From Escherichia phage vB_EcoM_CRP22, in sequence record OQ708377.1: a DNA stretch of 64,000 nucleotides. One strand, 5' to 3'. Of this stretch, positions 54,898 through 62,651 are shown piece after piece. Made by a program: the position numbers and the translations under genes. The notes under the pieces were generated by a model. It ran no database searches. It was not told the origin of the DNA and was given only the letters and a program-made list of their open reading frames with translations. Each line of letters starts with the position of its first letter. Within the stretch, counting starts at the first letter, position 1.

Positions 54898-55099
54898 AAA
54901 GACACGGAAACTTATCAGGTCAGCGGTGTTCATTGGACGAAATGAGGTCATACCATTTACAGCAAATGATGTGATAGCTTACCGGAAGAACTTAGTATTC
55001 ACTGACTGTTTACGTGGCTTTATCTCTGAACCATTAGAAGACTTTAAAAGTCGTTGTGGTAAAGGTATCATCATTCAAGAGGCAATTATTCATGGCTGA
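54872..55099 (+). CDS. hypothetical protein
   Basis: 75-aa ORF with RBS GAGAAGG. Confidence 0.3.
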   Translation: MRVILARDKKTRKLIRSAVFIGRNEVIPFTANDVIAYRKNLVFTDCLRGFISEPLEDFKSRCGKGIIIQEAIIHG

Positions 55100-55292
55100 C
55101 TTCTGCAAAGACTGTGCTATCGAAATGTTCGGACGTGATACAGGTGACTTAAAAGGTCTTATCACTGAAGATGACTTTAAAGCTGGCTATGCAATGCCAG
55201 TAATCTGTGAAGGCTGTGGATGTATCTGGGTAGACCACGAAGGACAACGTGTAAAACCTTCAGAAGATAAAGAATCTTGGGAGAGATGTTAA
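55092..55292 (+). CDS. small Cys-rich protein
   Basis: Start at ATG 55092 (MADFCKDC...); CKDC ... CEGCGC cysteine pairs. Confidence 0.3.
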   Translation: MADFCKDCAIEMFGRDTGDLKGLITEDDFKAGYAMPVICEGCGCIWVDHEGQRVKPSEDKESWERC

Positions 55293-56078
55293 ATGGGTAT
55301 TGTAAAAATCATCAATGGGGATATCTTCTCCGCATTTGATAAAGGTAAGTTTGATGTTATTGGTCACGGTTGCAACTGTATGAATTTAATGGGTGCAGGT
55401 ATCGCTGACAAGATTTCTAAACTTTACCCAAAAGCATATGAGACTGATACAGAAGTCTATCTGTATGCAGGTGGTATAGGTCACAAACCCTGTGAAAATT
55501 TACTAGGCAATTTCTCTGTAGCACGTTTAGAACAAGGCCGTATAGCTAACCTTTACACTCAGCTTAAGACTGGTAAAGATGCCCGATACAGTGCTTTAGA
55601 GTCATCTTTGAAACAACTTAACAGATACTGTGAAGTCAATCAGTTGAAGAAAGTTGGGTTACCTATGATTGGTGCAGGTATCGGTGGACTAGACTCTCAA
55701 GCCGTCACAGTCATCATTAATCAGGTGATGAAGAGTGTAGATGTGTATCTGTATGTCTATGAAGGAGAGATGTACCACAAGTTACGCTCAGGTTGGAAGA
55801 ACTACTGTGAACCAGAATACTTTGCTGGTGTAGTAGTGTTCACTAATGATGTAGTTACCCTCTTCAGACGAAGAAAAGGCAAGATACATCAAAGTAACCC
55901 TCCGGTTGAAAAGATGTCTCTAAGTAACGCTCTAGTTACCCACCTGTCGAAGAGCAATCACAGAATTGCAGTAACATTTGGCAGTGATGCAGATACATAT
56001 ATCTATGCAAGAACTGATGAGGATGTTGAGGAAATTTTCTCTTCACCGGAAGTAACCTTCTTAGACGCAAAGAACTAA
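55293..56078 (+). CDS. macro-domain protein (ADP-ribose binding/hydrolase candidate)
   Basis: N-terminal IINGDIF, GHGCNCMNLMGAGIADKI and later GLPMIGAGIGGLD match the macro-domain G-rich loop pattern. Confidence 0.5.
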   Translation: MGIVKIINGDIFSAFDKGKFDVIGHGCNCMNLMGAGIADKISKLYPKAYETDTEVYLYAGGIGHKPCENLLGNFSVARLEQGRIANLYTQLKTGKDARYSALESSLKQLNRYCEVNQLKKVGLPMIGAGIGGLDSQAVTVIINQVMKSVDVYLYVYEGEMYHKLRSGWKNYCEPEYFAGVVVFTNDVVTLFRRRKGKIHQSNPPVEKMSLSNALVTHLSKSNHRIAVTFGSDADTYIYARTDEDVEEIFSSPEVTFLDAKN

Positions 56079-56152
56079 GAAACTCTGTAGAATATTCACA
56101 ATAAACTAAGCCTTTCTTATCTGGTAAATTTTTCAGGTAAGGAGGGCTTTTT

Positions 56153-56330
56153 CATTTTAGAATTGTGCAGGTAGAGTTCTGTAGAGAAATCTGTAGAGAA
56201 AATTTTGAACTCCAAAGAGAAAATTCATTTTCAAACTGTGCAGGTAATCTCCAAAGAGCTTTTTCATTTTCAAAACGTGCAGACCCCGCTCAGGTCGGGC
56301 AAGAAAAATCATTTTAGAATTGTGCAGGTA
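56153..56330. repeat. four direct repeats of a 21-bp box CATTTT(A/C)(G/A)AA(n)(T)GTGCAG(G/A)(T/C)(A/C)
   Basis: Boxes at 56153-56173, 56226-56246, 56265-56285, 56310-56330 (first and last identical); also tandem TCTGTAGAGAAA x2 and TCCAAAGAG x2. Confidence 0.6.
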
Positions 56331-56506
56331 GGTGGGTGCATGTGGGGATGTCGCCATTTCTCACAAGGCTACCACATCTGAAAAGAAAAGTCAACAGAAA
56401 AATTTGTAGCGGATTGAAAAATAATTCTTGATTGTAGTTCTGTTTTGTGGTAGTCGCGTGCGCCCGTTTCATTACAGTTTTTGCAAAAATATTTTTAAAA
56501 TTCCTA

Positions 56507-56535
56507 TTGACTCTTTGAATATGGTTATCTAATAT
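56507..56535 (+). promoter_or_regulatory. sigma70-like promoter (TTGACT-N17-TAATAT) at head of early-gene array
   Basis: TTGACT 56507-56512, 17-nt spacer, TAATAT 56530-56535; upstream AT-rich tract. Confidence 0.55.
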
Positions 56536-56584
56536 TTGCATCAGACGGGCAATCAAGCCCACTTCCTAAACTGGAGAATCAAAA

Positions 56585-56791
56585 ATGCTTTACAGTCGTG
56601 AATTGATGGTTACAACTAACGTTAACACAAAGGTAAAACGTTTTTATATGCAAGTTTGCGGCGCATGGCGTAGAATATCAGAAGCTGATTATTGCAACTA
56701 TGTAGAAACGGCAATCAACTCCAATTGCTACCTTACGAAGAACACAAAGAAACTTATAAAACAGACAGCGGTTTACTATTACGATATATAA
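56585..56791 (+). CDS. small early-region protein
   Basis: 68 aa; ATG preceded by conserved CTAAACTGGAGAATCAAAA leader. Confidence 0.4.
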   Translation: MLYSRELMVTTNVNTKVKRFYMQVCGAWRRISEADYCNYVETAINSNCYLTKNTKKLIKQTAVYYYDI

Positions 56792-56880
56792 AAGTACTTT
56801 ACAGGGGGCTTAAAAGCTGATATCTTAAGCCCCAGATAAAGAGCTTTACTAAATTAACCCTTAAACTAGGAGATTCAAAA
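56792..56880 (+). promoter_or_regulatory. intergenic module A copy 1 (TTTACA-N17-TATCTT overlapping GC hairpin, conserved leader and RBS)
   Basis: aagtactttacagggggcttaaaagctgatatcttaagccccagataaagagctttac...taaactaggagattcaaaa. Confidence 0.5.
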
Positions 56881-57261
56881 ATGGCTTATCGTGCACCTAA
56901 ATTCATCAACAAAGACAACTTTCGCAACACACTGGAGAAGTCACTTGATGAAAATTTTAAAGGTAACATTGTTGTTGTTCACTCGTTTAATTTCAAGTAT
57001 GATATCAACGGGAATAAAATCAACCATTACACGGCAACCATGTTAGATGGTACACTATCAAGTGAAAAAGCCGTACTGAATGCACTTGCAGGACGTGGTA
57101 AAAACCTGATAAGATGCGATAAGAGACGTTATCAGGGTGGCGCATATGGTTATGATGATGCTGTTTATCATCTTGAAAATATGGGCTATTCAGTGGAAAA
57201 AGCTGGAGTGTCTCAAATAATCGGCAGTGACGGCTATGTGACAATTTTCAAAATTAACTAA
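56881..57261 (+). CDS. early-region protein
   Basis: 126 aa, follows module A. Confidence 0.4.
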   Translation: MAYRAPKFINKDNFRNTLEKSLDENFKGNIVVVHSFNFKYDINGNKINHYTATMLDGTLSSEKAVLNALAGRGKNLIRCDKRRYQGGAYGYDDAVYHLENMGYSVEKAGVSQIIGSDGYVTIFKIN

Positions 57262-57263
57262 TA

Positions 57264-57349
57264 AAGTACTTTACAGGGGGCTTATAGTTCGATAAAGTAA
57301 GCCCCAGATAAAGAGCTTTACCACTAAATCCTAAATTGGAGATTCAAAA
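57264..57349 (+). promoter_or_regulatory. intergenic module A copy 2
   Basis: TTTACA-N17-TAAAGT; hairpin arms ggggctta/taagcccc (compensatory variant). Confidence 0.5.
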
Positions 57350-57640
57350 ATGGCTATTATTAAAAACGTTGTAATTCCTGCAAAAACTCGTGATGACGCT
57401 CGCATCATGGCGAAAAAGTTAGGCGGGAAAGTGGTTGACAACGGAAAACAAACTGCTGTAAGGTGGAACGTGAAGGCGGATAAACAAATGAATTTAAAAA
57501 ATTCACCAATAAACCTTTTTACATGTGTAAACACTATCGGGAAAACGAATGTATACACTAAAAAGGCATATATCAGACGCATCGCCATGACGTCACCTAT
57601 TCGCACAATGAGAAGTCATGCAAAGCTGAAAATTAAGTAA
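57350..57640 (+). CDS. early-region basic protein
   Basis: 96 aa, follows module A. Confidence 0.4.
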   Translation: MAIIKNVVIPAKTRDDARIMAKKLGGKVVDNGKQTAVRWNVKADKQMNLKNSPINLFTCVNTIGKTNVYTKKAYIRRIAMTSPIRTMRSHAKLKIK

Positions 57641-57642
57641 TA

Positions 57643-57730
57643 GAGTACTTTACAGGGGGCTTAAAAGCTGATATCTTAAGCCCCAGATAAAGAGCTTTAC
57701 TACTCAATCCTTAAACTAGGAGATTCAAAA
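57643..57730 (+). promoter_or_regulatory. intergenic module A copy 3
   Basis: Near-identical to copy 1. Confidence 0.5.
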
Positions 57731-58243
57731 ATGAAAACTGTAGACGCTACCTTTGAAGTTGTAAAAGAAAAATTTTCCATCATTTACGAAGCTGTCAATT
57801 GCTACGAAGCAAGCCATAATCTTGATAATTGGAAGTTTACAGATGACCATCAAGGCGGTGTGACTATTAAAAACCCCAACTGTCAGCGTAATGGATTTAA
57901 ATATGCAATTCCTTTACATTACAGCCTTAAACAGCTTTCAATTGACTATGCAAAACAAGGCCGGGAAAATCCATCGAAAGAGGCTTACATCAGCTTACAG
58001 AAAGAACTAGAAAGAGATTTAGAGGCTTCAGAATATAACATCGCCGCGAAAGTTGTAGATGCAAACGGTAGCACGGTTTTAGAGAGTTTTTATATTGGTT
58101 ATGCTTTCGATTGGTGCTACAGTGACGGCGATGATTTAGATGACAGACTAAAAGAGGAAGTGAACAACGCAGACGCAGAATCTGAAGTATTAGAACGCTT
58201 GGAAGCATTAAAAGATTCAGTGATGAATATCTTTAAGAACTAA
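57731..58243 (+). CDS. early-region acidic protein
   Basis: 170 aa, follows module A. Confidence 0.4.
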   Translation: MKTVDATFEVVKEKFSIIYEAVNCYEASHNLDNWKFTDDHQGGVTIKNPNCQRNGFKYAIPLHYSLKQLSIDYAKQGRENPSKEAYISLQKELERDLEASEYNIAAKVVDANGSTVLESFYIGYAFDWCYSDGDDLDDRLKEEVNNADAESEVLERLEALKDSVMNIFKN

Positions 58244-58246
58244 ATA

Positions 58247-58330
58247 GATTTCTTTACACGGGGCTAACAAGCGGATATGATAGCCCCAGATAAAGAGATT
58301 TATCAACTGTCCTAAACTGGAGATTCAAAA
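58247..58330 (+). promoter_or_regulatory. intergenic module A copy 4 (diverged)
   Basis: TTTACA-N17-TATGAT; hairpin arms ggggcta/tagcccc; leader ...cctaaactggagattcaaaa. Confidence 0.45.
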
Positions 58331-58627
58331 ATGAAACTATCAAATAAAGTTAGGGAAAACCTTAGTAAATTACTCAACAAAATTGATTTTATCGAGACCT
58401 CAAGAAATACTCATGAGGTGATGGAATGGTTACACGGCAAAATAAAAGGCCGTCGTGTAGTGATTTGCTTATGGAACAGTTGCAGGGAATATAAAAAACC
58501 TGTATTACAAGTTAATATTTATGATGATACTTTTAAAAGTCCTGTAAAGTCTAAAAGCGATTTATTAGAATCCTATGAGATAACTGTAAATGGCAAAGTA
58601 TCACGTAAAGAGGAAACACCATGTTAA
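58331..58627 (+). CDS. early-region protein
   Basis: 98 aa. Confidence 0.4.
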   Translation: MKLSNKVRENLSKLLNKIDFIETSRNTHEVMEWLHGKIKGRRVVICLWNSCREYKKPVLQVNIYDDTFKSPVKSKSDLLESYEITVNGKVSRKEETPC

Positions 58628-58953
58628 TGATTGGTATCACTGCAACCGTTGCCATTTTCGCGCTATATAAGGCGTATAAGGCCTATAATCTAGCAAATAA
58701 GGCAATCACACAGCAGGTTAGCAATAACTTGGTAGAGAGCTTTCTAGGACGCCTCAGTGATGAGCAAATAAAGCGGCTAGAGATGAGCTTCAGATATAAA
58801 GCGAAAACCTATCAGATAAGTGACATCTTCAAAGATGATTTTCAGCTTGTCGATGATTATAACTCTCTGATAAATGCTTTAAATGTCAGTGACTTAAAAG
58901 ACTATTACGCTGTAATTGTTCAAGAATTGAGCAAACGAAAAAATTCCTCTTGA
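58621..58953 (+). CDS. early-region membrane protein
   Basis: 110 aa; N-terminal hydrophobic helix (MLMIGITATVAIFALY); start overlaps previous stop. Confidence 0.4.
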   Translation: MLMIGITATVAIFALYKAYKAYNLANKAITQQVSNNLVESFLGRLSDEQIKRLEMSFRYKAKTYQISDIFKDDFQLVDDYNSLINALNVSDLKDYYAVIVQELSKRKNSS

Positions 58954-59039
58954 TTTTGGTTTTTAAAACAAGTAAATTACTAATCAACGGGAGGGATAAC
59001 CTCCTACTAAATAAAGTCCTTAAACTAGGAGATTATAAA
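58941..59039 (+). repeat. intergenic module B copy 1 (GTAAATTACTAATCAACGG + GGGAGG/CCTCC hairpin + conserved leader)
   Basis: tcttgattttggtttttaaaacaagtaaattactaatcaacgggagggataacctcctactaaataaagtccttaaactaggagattataaa. Confidence 0.5.
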
Positions 59040-59312
59040 ATGTATACTACTAACAACGGTCGCACTTTAAACGTAACCCTACGTCACTATGTAAACGGTG
59101 TGATGTGCTTTGATGATTTACAAGCTGAGCAACATATCTTGGATTGGCAACTTGCAGGACTCCAAAAAACTGCTACCGGATACGGGAAAAAGATTCCAAC
59201 TAGCTGGAAAGTCCACTACAAAGGACGTTTGCGCAGAATTTATCAGGATATATGTAGCAATAGCGCATCAAGTTACATCATGGTAAAAGGTAAAAAATTA
59301 CACTTAGTATAA
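59040..59312 (+). CDS. early-region protein
   Basis: 90 aa starting MYTTNNGRTL at the conserved ATG after module B; ORF-track N-terminal extension is a translated repeat. Confidence 0.4.
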   Translation: MYTTNNGRTLNVTLRHYVNGVMCFDDLQAEQHILDWQLAGLQKTATGYGKKIPTSWKVHYKGRLRRIYQDICSNSASSYIMVKGKKLHLV

Positions 59313-59398
59313 AGTACTTTACAAGGGGCTTATAGTTCGATAAAGTAAGCCCCAGATAAAGAGCTTTACTAACTAAATCCTAAATTGGAGATTCAAAA
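59312..59398 (+). promoter_or_regulatory. intergenic module A copy 5
   Basis: TTTACA-N17-TAAAGT; same hairpin variant as copy 2. Confidence 0.5.
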
Positions 59399-59803
59399 AT
59401 GGCTATTAATAACCGTGAGTTATCAATCTTAAAAGCACGTTTGACCGTTAACCGGATTAATGTTATCACGTCATCAGCACCGGATGAAACACTTCAAAAC
59501 ATTATTAGGAAGATTCAAAGTGTTATCTTAGACGTTGAAAGCGTAAAAAACTCATTGGCTGACGTTGCAGCAGGTATCACGCTAGACGGTGCACAATATG
59601 AAATGGTTGACATGTTAGGCAAATCTAAAGTAATGAATAAAGAGTTAGATTTGAAAATGTTCCGTTTTGCTGTTAAGGTGTGGCTATCCATCGAATATGA
59701 CGCAAATTTTGCAATCGCTGACTTTTTCGCAACATGGTTACAACGTAATTTAACAAATTATGATTTTCGTGATATCTGCGATGCAATTTACGCAGAACTT
59801 TAA
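59399..59803 (+). CDS. early-region protein
   Basis: 134 aa. Confidence 0.4.
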   Translation: MAINNRELSILKARLTVNRINVITSSAPDETLQNIIRKIQSVILDVESVKNSLADVAAGITLDGAQYEMVDMLGKSKVMNKELDLKMFRFAVKVWLSIEYDANFAIADFFATWLQRNLTNYDFRDICDAIYAEL

Positions 59804-59908
59804 AAATTTCTCTTGATTTTGGTTTTTAAAACAAGTAAATTACTAATCAACGGGGAGGGAATGACCTTTCCCCCACTAAGTAAAGTCCTTAAACTAGGAG
59901 ATTCGAAA
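59804..59908 (+). repeat. intergenic module B copy 2
   Basis: tctcttgattttggtttttaaaacaagtaaattactaatcaacggggagggaatgacctttccccc...ccttaaactaggagattcgaaa. Confidence 0.5.
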
Positions 59909-60112
59909 ATGGCTATTATTAATGGTTTAAACATTGAAACTACTCACATCAAAGATATTAAAGTCGGCGATATAGTCCTTTTTCACGGCGTAGAAAAAAC
60001 CGTCACTGAAAAGGATATCAAAGAGGATTCATTCATGGGTCGGTCGCTCTTCGGTGATTCCTATTGCTTAGGTTACCGTGCAGTTTTAAAAGTTGTCAAA
60101 AATAATCGTTAA
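59909..60112 (+). CDS. early-region protein
   Basis: 67 aa starting MAIINGLNIE at the conserved ATG. Confidence 0.4.
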   Translation: MAIINGLNIETTHIKDIKVGDIVLFHGVEKTVTEKDIKEDSFMGRSLFGDSYCLGYRAVLKVVKNNR

Positions 60113-60123
60113 AGTACTTTACA

Positions 60124-60198
60124 AGGGGCTTAAAAGTTGATATCTTAAGCCCCAGATAAAGAGCTTTACCACTAAATCCTAAACTGGAGATTCAAAAA
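60124..60198 (+). promoter_or_regulatory. intergenic module A copy 6
   Basis: TTTACA-N17-TATCTT; hairpin ggggcttaa/ttaagcccc. Confidence 0.5.
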
Positions 60199-60765
60199 AT
60201 GAAATGCTATCACGGCACTACTCTGAAAAACTTTGTAAACCTGCTTAAAGGTGGCGACAAGCCGGAAGGTATCTGGAACTGCTCTTACATGGATGATTGT
60301 TTTTACGTTTACCCGATGGATAAGATTATCAAGACGGAATGCCTGGAAGATGAAGAAGACCCTTACATCCGTGAACGCTGCATTCAAAACGCTTTAGAGT
60401 CGGGGCTTATTACGGCAGCTTTCCAAATGGAAACGCAGGAAGTGATTGTAATTGAGATGGATATCCCAGAGGAAGAGCTTGAGGATGATTATTCTTGTGA
60501 CAACATGAGCGAAATCGCCAGCTTTACCGGTTACTTTGATAAAGATTGGATTATCGGTATTCACTCGACGAAATTTAGTGCAATGTATGCGCCATTCTTT
60601 GTTCCTGATACAACTAACCATAATTTGGGCTATATTGACGATGATTTGTTGAGTATTGCAAAAATTGTACAGAATAGCGGGGAGACTTCTTCTGTGTTTT
60701 GTGACCTGCTGGATAAAATTACCGAGAATCTCACAGAGCGCAATCTAAGCGACTTTTTAGACTAA
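60199..60765 (+). CDS. early-region protein with ADP-ribosyltransferase-like (H-G-T) N-terminal motif
   Basis: 188 aa; MKCYHGTTLKNFVNLLKGGDKP resembles the YHGT NAD-binding strand-helix of diphtheria-toxin-class ARTs and Tpt1/KptA (recalled); aromatic-rich SYMDDCFYVY; acidic stretches. Confidence 0.35.
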   Translation: MKCYHGTTLKNFVNLLKGGDKPEGIWNCSYMDDCFYVYPMDKIIKTECLEDEEDPYIRERCIQNALESGLITAAFQMETQEVIVIEMDIPEEELEDDYSCDNMSEIASFTGYFDKDWIIGIHSTKFSAMYAPFFVPDTTNHNLGYIDDDLLSIAKIVQNSGETSSVFCDLLDKITENLTERNLSDFLD

Positions 60766-60794
60766 GCAGTACAAAGACACTAATTTCCAACTTA

Positions 60795-60815
60795 AGGCCC
60801 ATACAGGGCCATTTA
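60795..60815 (+). terminator. hairpin terminator-like element
   Basis: ggcccatacagggcc followed by ATTT. Confidence 0.4.
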
Positions 60816-60828
60816 GAGGGCTTAAATC

Positions 60829-61062
60829 ATGCTTACAACCGTTTATCTCATCCTTTCTATTTGTAACGGTCATTCATGTGATTTTAAAGGGCTTGAGGAG
60901 TTTACAGGAAGTAAAGAAAATGCTATTCAGGTTTGCCAGATAGCAAGGCAAGACTATCCCGCCAGTGATGATATACAATGCTACTTCAAAACAGAAGATA
61001 ACGACGGCGTCTATTTTGATAGTGTCGATGGTCAATATGAAATTATCATTGAAAAAGACTAG
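60829..61062 (+). CDS. early-region small protein with N-terminal hydrophobic segment
   Basis: 77 aa; MLTTVYLILSICNGHSC... Confidence 0.35.
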   Translation: MLTTVYLILSICNGHSCDFKGLEEFTGSKENAIQVCQIARQDYPASDDIQCYFKTEDNDGVYFDSVDGQYEIIIEKD

Positions 61063-61078
61063 ACAAGCCTGATAAAAG

Positions 61079-61153
61079 TCTGTAAATTACTAATCAACGG
61101 GGAGGTAATGACCTTCCCCACTAAATAAAGTCCTTAAACTAGGAGATTCTAAA
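61079..61153 (+). repeat. intergenic module B copy 3
   Basis: tgtaaattactaatcaacggggaggtaatgaccttccccactaaataaagtccttaaactaggagattctaaa. Confidence 0.5.
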
Positions 61154-61402
61154 ATGTATACTAAAACTCAACTAAAAAACATGGTTAGCAATGGCTTAAT
61201 GGATGAAGTCTATAAAGAGTGTAGACGATATGGAGAAATCAAAGGTAAAACAAGCTATGAATACACCCACACAATAAACTTTAAAACTAATGAGCAAAAA
61301 ACCGACTTAATAACTAGCATTATAATTGAGTATAAAGGTATAATATGGTCCTTTGAGCTAGTGAAAGGTGAGTGCATAGAAATCGAATACAAAGACGCTT
61401 AA
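61154..61402 (+). CDS. early-region protein
   Basis: 82 aa. Confidence 0.4.
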   Translation: MYTKTQLKNMVSNGLMDEVYKECRRYGEIKGKTSYEYTHTINFKTNEQKTDLITSIIIEYKGIIWSFELVKGECIEIEYKDA

Positions 61403-61488
61403 AAGTACTTTACAAGGGGCTTAAAAGTTGATATCTTAAGCCCCAGATAAAGAGCTTTACCACTAAATCCTAAACTGGAGATTCAAAA
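61403..61488 (+). promoter_or_regulatory. intergenic module A copy 7
   Basis: Identical core to copy 6. Confidence 0.5.
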
Positions 61489-61830
61489 ATGGCTTATGTA
61501 ACCGTAATTACTGATAAAGCTGGCTCATCTTGGTCAACTCAAGTAAGTGATAAGATGTCACCTATGCAGTGCCTAAAATACTTTGAGCAGTGGAACAAAG
61601 GCGAGGATGTCAGCCCCTTTCAAGTGATGCAAATCATCCATACAGATAACGAAGGAAACAAAACGACACTTAATAGTGAGTATTACACAAATCGTTTTGA
61701 GAGTCGAGTTGAAACGATGAAGGGGCTGCGTGAGGCCGGATATGGGCACATTGCCGCCTTGTTATGGGATGACCTGCTAAAAAGTCAGCGTATCAGCTAC
61801 ATAAAACCTGAAAAAATATTCATCAGTTAA
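61489..61830 (+). CDS. early-region protein
   Basis: 113 aa. Confidence 0.4.
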   Translation: MAYVTVITDKAGSSWSTQVSDKMSPMQCLKYFEQWNKGEDVSPFQVMQIIHTDNEGNKTTLNSEYYTNRFESRVETMKGLREAGYGHIAALLWDDLLKSQRISYIKPEKIFIS

Positions 61831-61977
61831 TCAATAACTTACAAAAAACTTTTAAAAAAGTGTTGACAATCCCTATTGACATTGGTAACTTTGTTCGAGG
61901 GGGCTTATCTTAAAGGGATTCACTTAAAAGGTTCTTTATAGATAAGCTCAAAAAATTACTTGCAATCAGATATCAAA

Positions 61978-62051
61978 ACAAGTAAATTACTAATCAACGG
62001 GGAGGGATTAACCTTCCCCACTAAACAAAGTCCTAAACTGGAGATTCAAAA
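61978..62051 (+). repeat. intergenic module B copy 4
   Basis: acaagtaaattactaatcaacggggagggattaaccttccccactaaacaaagtcctaaactggagattcaaaa. Confidence 0.5.
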
Positions 62052-62582
62052 ATGAACAAGTTCAAAGCTATCAACTTCATTCGTTCAAATAGTGTCATGT
62101 CAAAGCCTGTTAAAGATACCTATGAATTTCGTTGTAATGGTGTACATTTTGCAACAATCACCAAATCAGAAAACGGGGCTTATTACGTCCATCGTCGTAA
62201 TGTTGCAACCGTTGCAGTCTCTCACTTTATGCAAGCTGTAGCGGAATTATTACCGTTATTCTTAGAGATTTATCTAGATGATTGTAAAAACGTTCACAGA
62301 CACGTTAAAAACCTTTTAAACGGTTATAGAATGGCTTATGAACGTTCTATCAAGTCCTTAAACAAGTTCTATAAAGCCCCTGTAAATACCGTTTCAATGG
62401 CCTATGGCGTAGGTGGCTGGACTGTTAACCTTTCTCTAGTGGAAGAAATCGAGCTTTATGATTTACGCCCTGATGGATACTCTAAGACACTGGGAGAGGG
62501 CTTATCTTTCAATATCAAGAACTTAGAGAAAACTTTAAAAGATATTGAAAAAGATATTGACGAGACAACCAAAAATCTGTAA
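62052..62582 (+). CDS. early-region protein
   Basis: 176 aa; stop codon TAA forms the start of the next module B core (cTGTAAATTAC). Confidence 0.4.
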   Translation: MNKFKAINFIRSNSVMSKPVKDTYEFRCNGVHFATITKSENGAYYVHRRNVATVAVSHFMQAVAELLPLFLEIYLDDCKNVHRHVKNLLNGYRMAYERSIKSLNKFYKAPVNTVSMAYGVGGWTVNLSLVEEIELYDLRPDGYSKTLGEGLSFNIKNLEKTLKDIEKDIDETTKNL

Positions 62583-62651
62583 ATTACTAATCAACGGGGA
62601 GGGGATGACCTTCCCCACTAAGTAAAGTCCTTAAACTAGGAGATTCAAAAA
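62577..62651 (+). repeat. intergenic module B copy 5
   Basis: ctgtaaattactaatcaacggggaggggatgaccttccccactaagtaaagtccttaaactaggagattcaaaaa. Confidence 0.5.

Noticed and set aside
56157-56562. Two minus-strand ORFs (66 and 82 aa) in the iteron region
   Set aside because: They overlap the direct-repeat boxes and the promoter, lack RBS context, and are on the opposite strand from all neighbouring genes.
58950-59039. ORF-track N-terminal extension MILVFKTSKLLINGRDNLLLNKVLKLGDYK of the 59040 gene (same pattern at 59813..59908)
   Set aside because: These residues are a translation of intergenic module B, conserved at DNA level at five sites; the true starts are the conserved ATG after the GGAG leader (59040 and 59909).
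61859-61895. Promoter candidate TTGACA-N17-TAACTT in the 220-bp spacer before gene 62052
   Set aside because: The -10 hexamer is weak and two overlapping TTGACA copies make the assignment ambiguous; the region is better described as a structured spacer (GCTTATCT...AGATAAGC inverted repeat).
56792-62651. Possible CRISPR array suggested by regularly recurring about 80-bp repeats
   Set aside because: The units between repeats are 200-570 bp protein-coding genes with RBS and start codons; repeats are of two families containing promoter hexamers; no cas genes are present.
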